Assembly: GCA_028714335.1 (NCBI GenBank) | Contig: JAQTMM010000001.1 | Coordinates: 8,181-72,180, forward strand | Length of the DNA: 64,000 bases | Reading direction: 5' to 3' | Origin: Dehalococcoidales bacterium | GTDB taxonomy: Bacteria > Chloroflexota > Dehalococcoidia > Dehalococcoidales > RBG-16-60-22 | Part shown: one piece after another, positions 9,253 to 19,572 of the stretch | How positions within the stretch are numbered: the stretch's first letter is position 1 | How the letters are laid out: every line of letters begins with the position of its first letter | The notes under the pieces: model-generated | What the model saw: the letters and a program-made list of their open reading frames with translations, nothing else | Databases searched by the model: none | Told to the model about the DNA's origin: nothing | Position numbers and translations under genes: made by a program

Positions 9253-10868
9253 CAGGCAACTCCTTTACGGAAGCTCTGACTGAGATCAACTAAATCCAAA
9301 TATTCCCGGATTTGTTTTTGTTTTTCTTTATTATTCCAACCTAATAATAATCCCATTTCTTGAGCGACTGATTCAACCGCGTTCCGGCCTTGGTTGTGAC
9401 TCAATCCGAGAACGCTACGGCGTAACATAAAATCACTAACAGTTAGGGCTTCTTCCTCCAATATTGCATGTTTTATTTGAGCAAATATATCCGGATATCC
9501 AGGTATGATATTTTCCCCCAGATGATTGTCCTGGTCAACATAAGCCAGTACTGAAGCTAGCCTTGAACCATAAATACTCGCGAGGTAACTGATAGTCTCG
9601 AAAGGGATGTCTTTTTTTCGGGATATTTTCAGTACATCCTCTTGACCGATTGCCGGACATCCGGGAAGCGGAGTCTGTGCCGTGGTGCAGGGGATATTTT
9701 TCAATAGCTTTTTACACACCAGGTTGACAGCTTCTTCAGCAATAGCACGGTAGGCAGTTATTTTACCTCCCAAAATCGATATTAAACCTGTCACTCCGTC
9801 TTTGCGTTGATGATCTATAAGTTTATGAGCTCTGGAGGTATTAGATTCTTTTTTCTTACTAGCTGTTACTAAAGCTCTTAATCCTGCCATAGTATAACAA
9901 ATATCATCGCGTGTAAATTGGGGAAAATAATTACAGGTCTCCGATACAAGATAATCGACATCCGTACTCCCAGCGCTTACTCTATCCAAATCGTCTGAAT
10001 AGTCTGTATCAGTTGTTCCGATTAGTGAGTAGCCGTTCCAGGGGATGACAAAAAAAACGCGATCGTCGCTTTTAGCAAACAGAAACAACGCCTGGCTAGT
10101 CAATTTCCGGGTTACCAGATGGATACCTTTTGTCCGGCGGAGATTATTCTGGCGGCTGAGGTGGACCTTATTCCAGATAAGATCAGCCCACGGTCCTGCC
10201 GCATTAATTACCATGCGTCCCCGTGCTATATATTCACGTCCCGTAATAATATCCCTAAGATTAATTCCCCTGATGGTATTACCATCCACTAGGAAACCGG
10301 TAGCTTCAGTATGGTTCAAGATGCAAGCGTTATTTCCTGCCGCACTAAGAGCGTTTTCCAGACAAAGCCGCTCCATATAGCGGGCTTGGCAATCATAAAA
10401 AAGATAAGAACCTACTAAATCCGGAATACTGGCTAGAGCCGGTTCCAGATTTAACGTTTCATCACGTGAGAGACGCTTACGAGACGGCAGACTTTTCCCC
10501 GCGGCTAGAATATCGTATAAGCACAGACCGAAAGGTAACGATATCCGGTATAATGGTTCACTCCGTAGCAGAGGTATGATGAAGGCGAGGCGGTCTACTA
10601 AGTGAGGAGCGATATGCAGCAGAGTTTCCCGCTCAAGTAGGTCTTGCCTGACCAGTTTGAAATCGAGCATGCGTAGATAACGTAGTCCGCCGTGGATCAG
10701 GCGGGTAGAGCTCGAAGTCGTACCGCAGGCGAAGTCCTCTTTTTCGACTAGTAAGGTATCTAGTCCACGGAGGGCGGCATCACGAACGATTCCGGTTCCT
10801 ATAATACCTCCCCCAATAACTATCAAATCGAACGTTTTATTTTTCAGGTTTTTAAAATTTCGTTTCAT
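9252..10868 (-). CDS. glpD: FAD-dependent glycerol-3-phosphate dehydrogenase
   Basis: 538 aa with FDLIVIGGGIIGTGIVRDAALRGL and the GTTSSSTRLIHGGLRYL block typical of GlpD/GlpA. Its stop abuts the glpK start. Confidence 0.85.
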   Translation of the reverse strand: MKRNFKNLKNKTFDLIVIGGGIIGTGIVRDAALRGLDTLLVEKEDFACGTTSSSTRLIHGGLRYLRMLDFKLVRQDLLERETLLHIAPHLVDRLAFIIPLLRSEPLYRISLPFGLCLYDILAAGKSLPSRKRLSRDETLNLEPALASIPDLVGSYLFYDCQARYMERLCLENALSAAGNNACILNHTEATGFLVDGNTIRGINLRDIITGREYIARGRMVINAAGPWADLIWNKVHLSRQNNLRRTKGIHLVTRKLTSQALFLFAKSDDRVFFVIPWNGYSLIGTTDTDYSDDLDRVSAGSTDVDYLVSETCNYFPQFTRDDICYTMAGLRALVTASKKKESNTSRAHKLIDHQRKDGVTGLISILGGKITAYRAIAEEAVNLVCKKLLKNIPCTTAQTPLPGCPAIGQEDVLKISRKKDIPFETISYLASIYGSRLASVLAYVDQDNHLGENIIPGYPDIFAQIKHAILEEEALTVSDFMLRRSVLGLSHNQGRNAVESVAQEMGLLLGWNNKEKQKQIREYLDLVDLSQSFRKGVA

Positions 10869-10931
10869 AAAGCGTCCTTTCTGATGCGAGACTAAGTATT
10901 CTAGGCGTATACAGGAATATTGGCTGATAGA

Positions 10932-11717
10932 CTAAATATGTTTTTTTAACCACTCCTCCATATCGGCCATAACTTGAAGATACTCGGGCTCATTAAATAT
11001 CTCGTGTAAAAGTCCGGCATAGGGCTTATGCGTCTTATCCGTAGAACCTATCATATCGTACAGGACCTTACTGCGTGCGCCGTCCTCACCGCCGGCGCCG
11101 GCCATAATCAGGACCGGTAGATGAATACTCGATACCTTGGCTGTCAATTCCTGCATTCTGTTCCGCATAGCATGATTTACCGGAACTGGCCCGTGATATA
11201 CCAGAGGGTCATTGACATAAGCGGCTATTACTGCGGGGTCCCGGCTGAGCGTGGCAACGGGCAAAGGTTGGCCAGGAGGTGGAGGTTGCATTGGCGGGGT
11301 GCCAGGTTTGACTAGACCTCCACCGGATGTGATTAGTCCGGTGAGTTCACTCTGGTACTCCAGGCAATAACACAGGCTAATTATGGACCCCATACTGTGT
11401 CCGATGAGGAATATTTTTTCCTTTGGATTCTTCCGGCGTATAATATCGAAAAAGGTTTTAAGGTCTAAGACGTAATCATGGAAATCATCCACCTGGACGC
11501 GTTCGCCATCCGATTTGCCATGCCCCCGGTGATCTAGAGCATAAACAGCAAAACCACGGGGAACGAAGTAGTTAACCACATTGTCATAGCGCCCGCTATG
11601 CTCTGCAAAACCATGGGCAATCAGCAAAATCGCCTTAGGTTGGCCTTCCGGCAGCCAGTACTGATAATAGATATTGAAGTCTCGGTATCCTTTAAAATTT
11701 GCTTCCTGGTGCTTCAT
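10932..11717 (-). CDS. Alpha/beta hydrolase, monoacylglycerol lipase / lysophospholipase-like
   Basis: 261 aa with HGFAEHSGRY, HRGHGKSDG and the nucleophile elbow GHSMGS. It lies directly upstream of glpD-glpK on the same strand. Confidence 0.8.
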   Translation of the reverse strand: MKHQEANFKGYRDFNIYYQYWLPEGQPKAILLIAHGFAEHSGRYDNVVNYFVPRGFAVYALDHRGHGKSDGERVQVDDFHDYVLDLKTFFDIIRRKNPKEKIFLIGHSMGSIISLCYCLEYQSELTGLITSGGGLVKPGTPPMQPPPPGQPLPVATLSRDPAVIAAYVNDPLVYHGPVPVNHAMRNRMQELTAKVSSIHLPVLIMAGAGGEDGARSKVLYDMIGSTDKTHKPYAGLLHEIFNEPEYLQVMADMEEWLKKHI

Positions 11718-11862
11718 TGAGATATCACTCCTCTATTAATTTATATATTCACCTGTTCAGTGGCGTACGGGGAATATCTGCTATTATCCAAGGTATACTA
11801 AATTGACAATTATTCTTAACTACTGTTAAGTATTAGTGAAATATTGGTTAATATTTACATAT

Positions 11863-11879
11863 TTGACAAATAATGTCAA
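11863..11879. promoter_or_regulatory. Candidate TetR operator overlapping a candidate promoter
   Basis: Inverted repeat TTGACA-aataa-TGTCAA lies 50 nt upstream of the TetR start. TATAAT is at 11884-11889. A second TTGACA is at 11803 and a CTTAAC-tact-GTTAAG palindrome is at 11815-11830. Confidence 0.45.
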
Positions 11880-11929
11880 TATGTATAATTATAGTATAAA
11901 CAAATAATTCACGAAAATGGAGCTTGTAG

Positions 11930-12463
11930 ATGAAAGATAAAAGAAGCATCACGCGCAAGCAAATAATTGATGCAGCATCTGCCTGCTTTGCCGAGTACGG
12001 TTATGACAAGACGACCTTTGATGACGTAGCCAAAAGAGCGGGGATATCAAGAACGCTAATATATACTTATTTTAAAAGCAAGCAGGAATTTTTCTTTACC
12101 ATGATGGACGAAAAACACAAAAATTACCTGCGTCAATCTCAAGAAGTGCTCAATTCTAGTCTGTCAACCAAGGAAAAATTACGTAAAATAATCGATATTT
12201 GGATAATCGACCCTCACCGGATTATATATAAATCTCCCCTGCCCAATATCTGGCTTAAACCGGTTAAAAGTATCCAGGAAAGTGAAAAGCTGTTAAGGGG
12301 AGACTTCATAAAATCACTTGTCCCTTTAGTCGGTTATGATTTAGCAGAGGTGATTGTCTTTTCTTACAAAGGGCTGCTGGATGATAAACCCTCAATTGAA
12401 ATTTTAGAAAAACGGACTGATATTCTGATTAGCAGCTTAAAGATGCTCCCGAACGATGAATAA
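11930..12463 (+). CDS. TetR/AcrR family transcriptional regulator
   Basis: 177 aa with an N-terminal HTH region RKQIIDAASACFAEYGYDKTTFDDVAKRAGISRTLIYTYFKSK. SD ggag lies upstream. Confidence 0.9.
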   Translation: MKDKRSITRKQIIDAASACFAEYGYDKTTFDDVAKRAGISRTLIYTYFKSKQEFFFTMMDEKHKNYLRQSQEVLNSSLSTKEKLRKIIDIWIIDPHRIIYKSPLPNIWLKPVKSIQESEKLLRGDFIKSLVPLVGYDLAEVIVFSYKGLLDDKPSIEILEKRTDILISSLKMLPNDE

Positions 12464-12523
12464 CTATTAAAGGTAACGTCAAGCCCCAATCATGACTATG
12501 TAGTTATAGATTTAGAAAGGAAA

Positions 12524-13918
12524 GTGGATTCCATGCAAATTGTTAAAACGGATAAAGGCAATGTTTCAGGAACAACGATTGGTGAACCCGGGAAAGAGGT
12601 ATCCGTTTTCAGGGGCATTCCATTCGCCGCTCCACCGGCGGGAGAATTCCGCTGGCAGGCACCACAACCAGTTAAAGCCTGGTCAGGAGTGCGTGATTGT
12701 ACGCAATTCAGTCTAACCGCTCCCCAGAATCCCAGGTTCGGCGATTTATCGGCCGGTGCCAGCGAAGACTGCTTATATCTCAATGTCTTGACACCGGCTG
12801 AAACTTTTGAAGACAAGCTGCCGGTGATGGTCTGGATGCATGGAGGGATGTATGCGCTCGGCTCGGGTAATGATCTCCTCTCAAATCACTGCCGGCTGCC
12901 GCAGCACGGCATCGTGCTCGTCACCATCAATATGCGGCTTGATGTTATCGGTCTCTTAGCTCATCCCCAACTTTCTGCTGAATCGCCCAACAGTGTTTCC
13001 GGTAACTATATGTTTCTGGATATGATAGCCGCATTACAATGGGTACAGCGCAATATCGCCGCCTTTGGAGGCGACCCTAAAAATGTCACCATCTTCGGTG
13101 AGTCCGGCGGCGGCGCCAAGGTTTCAACGCTTGTAGCCTCACCACTGACGAAAGGTCTATACCATAAAGCTATCTGCGAGAGCGGTACCGCTACCGCGAG
13201 GACATGGTGGACCGGTCAGCCTTTGGAAAAACTTGAGGCGATGGGAGAAAGGATTTTTGAAATACTCGGTGTCAAAACAATTGAAGCCGCTCGGGCTATC
13301 CCCTACAAAAAAATATACGAAGCCAACGCTCAATTAATCCAAGAGAGTGGCAGTCAATGGGGTATTGTCGACGCTGCCGTGGACGACTGGTTCCTGCCCG
13401 ATACTCCGCTTAACATCTACCGTGCCGGTAAAATGAATCCGGTCCCGTTAATTAATTGCGCCAATGCCGGCGAATTGACGACCATGTTCCCGATGCTGGT
13501 GCCTGGCTATGTTGAAATGTTTAGTGGGATGGAAAAAGCTGGCACTAGCAGCTACGCCTGCATTTTTGATCAGGTACCGGCAAATTGGCGGCAGGAAGGT
13601 ATGGAGCACGCACCCCATGGCCTTGAGTTGCTGTACGTTTTTGGAGACTATGACAATACAACCGGATGGTGGGAAATGACATACGGCATGATGTCAATGA
13701 TGGGTTCACCGCTCAAATCGAAAACCCCAGGGCTGAACGAAACAGACAAGTACGTATCCGAGTCGATGATGAGATACTGGACGCAGTTTGCCCGCAACGG
13801 TGATCCTAACGGGAACGGGCTGCCAGAGTGGCCGGTATATACTACTTTAAATAACAGTTATTTATATATGAATGAGACACTTGAAGTTAAAACCGGTTTT
13901 TCTGAAATATCCAAGTAA
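12524..13918 (+). CDS. Type-B carboxylesterase (para-nitrobenzyl esterase-like), paralog 1
   Basis: 464 aa with FRGIPFAAPP, EDCLYLNV and the nucleophile motif GESGGG. No signal peptide. Confidence 0.9.
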   Translation: MDSMQIVKTDKGNVSGTTIGEPGKEVSVFRGIPFAAPPAGEFRWQAPQPVKAWSGVRDCTQFSLTAPQNPRFGDLSAGASEDCLYLNVLTPAETFEDKLPVMVWMHGGMYALGSGNDLLSNHCRLPQHGIVLVTINMRLDVIGLLAHPQLSAESPNSVSGNYMFLDMIAALQWVQRNIAAFGGDPKNVTIFGESGGGAKVSTLVASPLTKGLYHKAICESGTATARTWWTGQPLEKLEAMGERIFEILGVKTIEAARAIPYKKIYEANAQLIQESGSQWGIVDAAVDDWFLPDTPLNIYRAGKMNPVPLINCANAGELTTMFPMLVPGYVEMFSGMEKAGTSSYACIFDQVPANWRQEGMEHAPHGLELLYVFGDYDNTTGWWEMTYGMMSMMGSPLKSKTPGLNETDKYVSESMMRYWTQFARNGDPNGNGLPEWPVYTTLNNSYLYMNETLEVKTGFSEISK

Positions 13919-13933
13919 CAAAATGGAGTGTTT

Positions 13934-15673
13934 ATGGAAAGAATCGTTGACGAGATAGTGTATCCTAATCCCACTCCTCCCGGCGTTAACCTCGAAAAAA
14001 ATGTGTATGCGACTATGCGTGACGGCATAAAAATAGCACTAGATATCTATAAACCAGCCGATGAAAAAGGACCATGGCCGGTTATATTAGCCTATTCTCC
14101 TTTCCCCAAGGAGCGCATTTTCGAAAGTGCCAAACCCGGTTTTTATTGCTCTCATGGTTATGTGTGTGTGCAGGCTAGCGAGCGTGGCAGCGGTTTTAAC
14201 CAGGGTAGATTCAATTTACACGGAACGCAGGCTGCGCAGGATGGATATGACCTGGTGGAATGGATTGCCGGGCAACCATGGTGTACTGGGAATGTGGGTA
14301 TGATGGGCGCTTCCGGTTACGGCGTTATGCAGTGGCTAACTGCGCCCCTGAATCCGCCTCACTTAAAAGCGTTGGTAGTGCTGGCTACCACGGACAATTA
14401 CCGGGGCCTGTGTTACCCCGGCGGCGTGTTACGTAAACCGTTTGTCTTGAACCTGGTTTCAGGATTGACGCAAGGAGCAATTTGGCCCGGCCCTATCTCC
14501 GGCAAAGAAATGCCCATGAATGTCATTGCGGAAATCCTGGCACATACGGAAGACGGGCCTTTCTGGTGGGAGCACGGCGGCGGCTGGAAGCGGATAAGCG
14601 AGATAAAAGCTCCAGTATTGAATATTGTCAACGCGCCTAATCGTTTACATGCCATCTATCATTTAAGATCGTATGCGGATATAAAGTCCCCGAAGAAACT
14701 TATCGTGACCCCGTGGACTAACGAGAACTACCAGCCATGGATATTCGAAACAACAGCCTTCAATATGCAAATATTGCGATGGCTGGACTACTGGCTGAAA
14801 GGTGTCGACACCGGCATCATGGATGAACCGGAAGTAGCTATCTTCGATAACGGTATTGGAACCTGGCGGTATGAAAACGAGTACCCGTTAAAGCGTACCG
14901 TGTGGACGAAATTCTATCTACATGATGAAGTAATCAACCAGACGCAACCCCTAGCAAATGAACAACCTGATTTCTACGAAAATATCAGTCTGAATACTGC
15001 CATGTTGGCTTCTTACGGTATCGATATGCCAGTTTCTCCAAAGAAAAACTATATAACGTATCTTTCATCACCTCTGGAGGAAGATATCAAGGTGTGTGGG
15101 CCGGTTAGTTTTACGCTATATGCCTCGACTACTGAAGAGGTTACTAGCGACTGGTCGTTCTTCATAAAAATGGGAGAGATGGTGTCTGAAGGAACTCCTC
15201 TTAACCCCATTACCGATCAGCCAGAAACAAAGCCCGAGGTTAACGATAGATTTACACCAGAGAATGTTCAGATATGGAGCTGGGGTTCACTCAAGGCAAA
15301 GTTCCGTGAAATTGACGAGAGACTGTCTCGACCCGGCTCTCCGTGGCACTCGTATCAAAGCTCCCAACAGCTGGAGCCCTGTACTATCTACGAGTTTCAG
15401 ATTGAACTCCAACCGGTCTTTAAAACTTTTAGAAAAGGCTGTCGTATCTGGCTAAAAATCGCCAGTGACGATGTTCTTTATGCCACGCTGGATAGCGCAT
15501 CGAGGTATGTAGAAACACCAATTTCACCGGAAAACAGCCAGATTTCCATTTATCATAACGTTAAGTATCCATCGCATATATTGCTGCCCGTCATTCCAGA
15601 CGCTCCTGAAATCGCGTCTGTAAAACCACCACTATGCGACGCCTTACCGGGAGCACCGCGTTTTACGGAATAA
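13934..15673 (+). CDS. CocE/NonD family hydrolase (X-Pro dipeptidyl-peptidase S15 family)
   Basis: About 579 aa with typical N-terminal blocks (MRDGIKIALDIYKP, GYVCVQASERGSG, DGYDLVEWIAGQPWCTGNVGMMGASGYG). I chose ATG 13934 (SD ggag 5 nt upstream) over GTG 13928. Confidence 0.85.
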   Translation: MERIVDEIVYPNPTPPGVNLEKNVYATMRDGIKIALDIYKPADEKGPWPVILAYSPFPKERIFESAKPGFYCSHGYVCVQASERGSGFNQGRFNLHGTQAAQDGYDLVEWIAGQPWCTGNVGMMGASGYGVMQWLTAPLNPPHLKALVVLATTDNYRGLCYPGGVLRKPFVLNLVSGLTQGAIWPGPISGKEMPMNVIAEILAHTEDGPFWWEHGGGWKRISEIKAPVLNIVNAPNRLHAIYHLRSYADIKSPKKLIVTPWTNENYQPWIFETTAFNMQILRWLDYWLKGVDTGIMDEPEVAIFDNGIGTWRYENEYPLKRTVWTKFYLHDEVINQTQPLANEQPDFYENISLNTAMLASYGIDMPVSPKKNYITYLSSPLEEDIKVCGPVSFTLYASTTEEVTSDWSFFIKMGEMVSEGTPLNPITDQPETKPEVNDRFTPENVQIWSWGSLKAKFREIDERLSRPGSPWHSYQSSQQLEPCTIYEFQIELQPVFKTFRKGCRIWLKIASDDVLYATLDSASRYVETPISPENSQISIYHNVKYPSHILLPVIPDAPEIASVKPPLCDALPGAPRFTE

Positions 15674-15780
15674 AGTTAATGCTAAAAGATAATATGGCTA
15701 GAGCGGTTTCCCAAACACTATTATTTATTGGCGCCACTTAAAAGCTAAAAGATTTTTGTTAAGGAAGGGCTGATAGAAAA

Positions 15781-16221
15781 ATGAATGATTATGAGAAAAG
15801 ACTAAAGAAATTAGAGGATATCCAAGCCATCAAGGATTTACATAGAGAATATGTTTACTGGGTTAATAACTGTGAATGGGATAAAGTAATTGAGTGTTTC
15901 ACAGAAGACTGTTCTGTCAATATCGGGAGTTGGGGTTTACGCAATGGCAAAGATTCGCTGCCAAAACTCTTTAAAGAAGATATCGCCCATAATAACAAAG
16001 GCAAAGGCAGGGATGGCCATTTTGCTATTATGCCCGTAATTACTGTTGACGGTGATAAAGCCAAAGGCCATTGGTTAATGTATATTATGATATCAGACCC
16101 GAAAACCGGGAAAGCCCTGAAGTGGGCAATCGGAAGACATGACGTAGAATATGCCAGACTCAATGGAAATTGGAAGATTCATAATATTATTTGGGCTAGT
16201 CCTTGGCCGGCGAATCTTTAA
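15781..16221 (+). CDS. SnoaL-like / NTF2-fold protein
   Basis: 146 aa. The N-terminus LEDIQAIKDLHREYVYWVNNCEWDKVIECFTEDC is typical of SnoaL_4-type NTF2-like proteins. Confidence 0.65.
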   Translation: MNDYEKRLKKLEDIQAIKDLHREYVYWVNNCEWDKVIECFTEDCSVNIGSWGLRNGKDSLPKLFKEDIAHNNKGKGRDGHFAIMPVITVDGDKAKGHWLMYIMISDPKTGKALKWAIGRHDVEYARLNGNWKIHNIIWASPWPANL

Positions 16222-16371
16222 TTATTTTTTCAAGGCAGGATTCACGGTTTTGTTGTCTTTATTACATCTCTGCAATATAATCAGGTACGGATTCATAGTG
16301 ATTTAAAATATTACCTGCAGATTACTGACTCTACCATAATCTTGTAAAAAGTAAAGTTTTTAGAGGCGAAA

Positions 16372-17019
16372 ATGGGTAAAAAATGTCTGATTACGTATTC
16401 CTCAATCACAGGCCACACAGAAAAAGTGGCGCTTAAATTCAAAGATACATTTGAAACACGCGGCTGGCAATGTGATGTTTTCAAAGTACGTAAAAACGCT
16501 GAAGATATTCTCCGGCCTCCTTTTGATATCCGTTCCTATGATTTTGTATGCGCCGGCTCTGGACTAAGGGCTCATCTACCTTATAATGAAGTACTAAACA
16601 TGTTAAGAGGATTTAGAACGGGGATGGATCCTCGCATTACGTTAAAGTTCAGGGATGAAACCATTTCCTATATAAATGAACCCGTACCTGAAATACCTCC
16701 ACACAAAGACCCAAAGATTGAACATAAAAAAATAATTCTGGGACCCGATTCACCTAAGGCAGTAGTATTCATCACCTATGCCGGCTACGAATTCGGACCT
16801 AAAGAGGCAGAGCCTGCTTCAACGTTACTGGCATTAGAACTGGAGCATATCGGTTTCCAATGTATTGGTCATTTTTACTGTCCGGGTACGTATCTTGATA
16901 ATCCCATGCCCAGGACTTTCCATGGAGATATCCGCGGCAGACCTGATGAGAAAGATTTACTGAAAGCACAGATGTTTATCGAAGAAAAGCTTGAGGAGAT
17001 AGCTGACCGGAATAAATAA
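16372..17019 (+). CDS. Flavodoxin-like fold protein
   Basis: 215 aa. The N-terminal KCLITYSSITGHTEKVA resembles the flavodoxin FMN phosphate-binding loop. A long insertion follows. Confidence 0.55.
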   Translation: MGKKCLITYSSITGHTEKVALKFKDTFETRGWQCDVFKVRKNAEDILRPPFDIRSYDFVCAGSGLRAHLPYNEVLNMLRGFRTGMDPRITLKFRDETISYINEPVPEIPPHKDPKIEHKKIILGPDSPKAVVFITYAGYEFGPKEAEPASTLLALELEHIGFQCIGHFYCPGTYLDNPMPRTFHGDIRGRPDEKDLLKAQMFIEEKLEEIADRNK

Positions 17020-17047
17020 TCCCGTCGGCAGAAAGAACATTGACGTT

Positions 17048-17989
17048 ATGAGTACGATAAATTCCGTTCTCGGCCCACTAGATACTAAAGACCTAGGTTT
17101 TACGTTAATGCATGAACATGTGATGTGTCAGGCCTTCGTTGCAGATAATTATCCTGAACTCTTCGGCGATGGTTACATGAACCATATTATTAATGGCGTA
17201 ACAGCGGCTAAGAAAGGCGGCGTTGATACCATCATTGACGCTACTACTTTCGACCTAGGGCGAGATGTAACGAGACTGGCTGAAATTGCCCGGCGTACTA
17301 AGGTTAACATTATAGCCTGTACCGGATGGTGGATGAATGCACCCGAGCACATCGCTGGTAATTCTCCTGACTTATATGCCGACCTGTTCGTCCGAGAGAT
17401 TCAACAAGGTATTGCCGGCACCGGAATTAAAGCCGGCATCCTTAAATCCGCGGCCGATTTTGGAGGTGTAACGGCAACAGGTGAAATAATGTTGCGCGCT
17501 GTGGCTAGAGCCCACCGCCGGACTTTAGTCCCTATCATGTTGCATTCATACGCTCCTGAACAGGTAGCCAGACGGCAGTTAGCTATCCTTAAAGAGGAGG
17601 GGGTTGAACTGAAAAGGGTCGCGGTTGACCATGTTAATGACACCACTGATTTTGAATACCTTAACTGGCTTTTAGAACAGGGATGTTATCTTGGTATGGA
17701 CCGTTATCCGGGGCTCAACTTAAGTTCATATGCCCGAACAAAAACCCTGAAGCAGTTAATTGATGATGGATGGATTGACCGCCTGCTTCCTTCGCATGAT
17801 TTATGTTTGGTTACTCCTTTAACATTTTATCCGCCTGAAGTAAAAGCAAGTATTGATAAGGAGAATCCCTATGGATATCTTTACATCAAGGAGGTTGTAT
17901 TCCGCCAGCTTGAAGATATGGGAGTATCACAAGCTGTGTTGAAAACGCTTTGTATAAATGGTCCGAGGAAGTTTTTCGAGGGCTTATAG
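17048..17989 (+). CDS. Phosphotriesterase-related amidohydrolase (PTE/PHP family, possibly lactonase)
   Basis: 313 aa with GFTLMHEHV (HxH metal motif), conserved later His residues (IMLHS, DHVND) and the SHD block. Confidence 0.8.
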   Translation: MSTINSVLGPLDTKDLGFTLMHEHVMCQAFVADNYPELFGDGYMNHIINGVTAAKKGGVDTIIDATTFDLGRDVTRLAEIARRTKVNIIACTGWWMNAPEHIAGNSPDLYADLFVREIQQGIAGTGIKAGILKSAADFGGVTATGEIMLRAVARAHRRTLVPIMLHSYAPEQVARRQLAILKEEGVELKRVAVDHVNDTTDFEYLNWLLEQGCYLGMDRYPGLNLSSYARTKTLKQLIDDGWIDRLLPSHDLCLVTPLTFYPPEVKASIDKENPYGYLYIKEVVFRQLEDMGVSQAVLKTLCINGPRKFFEGL

Positions 17990-18019
17990 AGTATTTTTAT
18001 TCAACGGTAATATACTAGT

Positions 18020-19561
18020 ATGATTAGACCACAACAAGAGAAAAAGATAATCAATACCCGGGTTGGCTACCTGCCGCCCCTGAAACCGCCGCCTGTTAAA
18101 AACAGAAAAGACATAGTCCCTGAGAGGATTTATAATTTTGAAATTCCGTCTGATCCCGTTCCATTTAGTGAAATCAAGAAATATATAGATGCTGAAGTTG
18201 TGGTAGTAGGGGCTGGCATCGCCGGATTAAGTGCGGCTCTTTCTGCAGCCGAAGCAGGGACCAAGACTATATTGTTAGAAAAGACGGCTACAGTCCAGGC
18301 TCGCGGTCATGATAACGCCTTTATCGGCAGCCGGCTTCAAGCGAAGTTAGGCATAAAAATTGATAAAGACGAAATCATCTTGAATCTCATGAAATACGGG
18401 GCTAACAAACCCGATCAAAGATTGATAAGGATGTGGGCAGAGGGAAGCGGAAAAACTGCAGACTGGCTGATGGATATGACGGATACTGCGGGTATCGAGG
18501 TGATTATAAAACAATATCCTCCCCCACCAGCATTCAATAACACTACCGAATATTATCCTCAATACCACGTTACGCACCATTATCGTAATGAACGTCTGGT
18601 AGCAAAATGCTTACTAGATAATGCAATAAAAAAAGGCGTTGTCACGTATTTTAAGACTCGTGCTAAGCAATTGTTGCGAAAAGGAAAAGACCGGGTCACC
18701 GGCGTCATCGCCCAAAATGAAGCTGGAGAATATCTACAATTCAATGCTGCTAAAGCCGTTATACTCTGTACCGGAGATTACGGCAATAACGCCGAAATGA
18801 TGGCTAAATATTGTCCTCAATCAGCCTATCTCGCGCCAATGATACTTACCTCTACCGGAGATGGGCATATAATGGCTATGTGGATTGGTGGCGTAATGGA
18901 ACCGGGACCGCATACACCGATGATACACGGCCCCGCCGGTCCCCTGCTTAGTGCGGCCTACTTACAAGTAAATCTCCTTGGGAAAAGATTTCAAAATGAA
19001 GATGTACCGATTCAAAGTAATGTCAATGCCGTTGAACGACAACCCAATAGAATAGCCTGGCAGGTATTCGATTCCAAATATCCGGCTGAACTCCCTTATC
19101 ATGGGCTGGGCTTGGGTAAAATTATCATTGCGACGGGAAAAATACGGCAGGAAGTATCCCAAGTAGCTATCGCAGCCAACTCAATCGAAGAACTGGCGGT
19201 AAAGATGAAACTGCCCATCGTAACGTTCAAGGCTACCGTAAAGAGGTACAATGAATTGGCACGTTCGGGGAAAGACCTGGATTTTGGGAAACGGTCTGAC
19301 CGGATGTCTCCGATTGACAAGCCACCATACTATGCCGGTAAAAGTGGTTATTCTTTACTTACCGTCCTGGGTGGTCTGAATATCAATGATAGGTTACAGC
19401 CACTAGATAAAAACTGGGAAGTCATTCCTGGAATTTATCTTGCAGGAAATACCATGGGTAACCGTTTCTCTATCGATTACCCAACTATGTGTCCCGGGCT
19501 TAGTCACGGTATGGCCATACACTATGGGCGGATTGCTGGTTTAAACGCAGTATATCAATAA
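18020..19561 (+). CDS. FAD-dependent oxidoreductase, FAD_binding_2 type (3-ketosteroid dehydrogenase / fumarate-reductase flavoprotein-like)
   Basis: 513 aa with dinucleotide motif VVVVGAGIAGLSAALSAAEAG and C-terminal PGIYLAGN. Subfamily cannot be fixed by eye. Confidence 0.75.
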   Translation: MIRPQQEKKIINTRVGYLPPLKPPPVKNRKDIVPERIYNFEIPSDPVPFSEIKKYIDAEVVVVGAGIAGLSAALSAAEAGTKTILLEKTATVQARGHDNAFIGSRLQAKLGIKIDKDEIILNLMKYGANKPDQRLIRMWAEGSGKTADWLMDMTDTAGIEVIIKQYPPPPAFNNTTEYYPQYHVTHHYRNERLVAKCLLDNAIKKGVVTYFKTRAKQLLRKGKDRVTGVIAQNEAGEYLQFNAAKAVILCTGDYGNNAEMMAKYCPQSAYLAPMILTSTGDGHIMAMWIGGVMEPGPHTPMIHGPAGPLLSAAYLQVNLLGKRFQNEDVPIQSNVNAVERQPNRIAWQVFDSKYPAELPYHGLGLGKIIIATGKIRQEVSQVAIAANSIEELAVKMKLPIVTFKATVKRYNELARSGKDLDFGKRSDRMSPIDKPPYYAGKSGYSLLTVLGGLNINDRLQPLDKNWEVIPGIYLAGNTMGNRFSIDYPTMCPGLSHGMAIHYGRIAGLNAVYQ

Positions 19562-19572
19562 GGAGGGACTTG

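Noticed and set aside
12496-12816. 106-aa minus-strand ORF overlapping the start of carboxylesterase 1
   Set aside because: It is antisense to a gene with diagnostic type-B esterase motifs, and has no start context.
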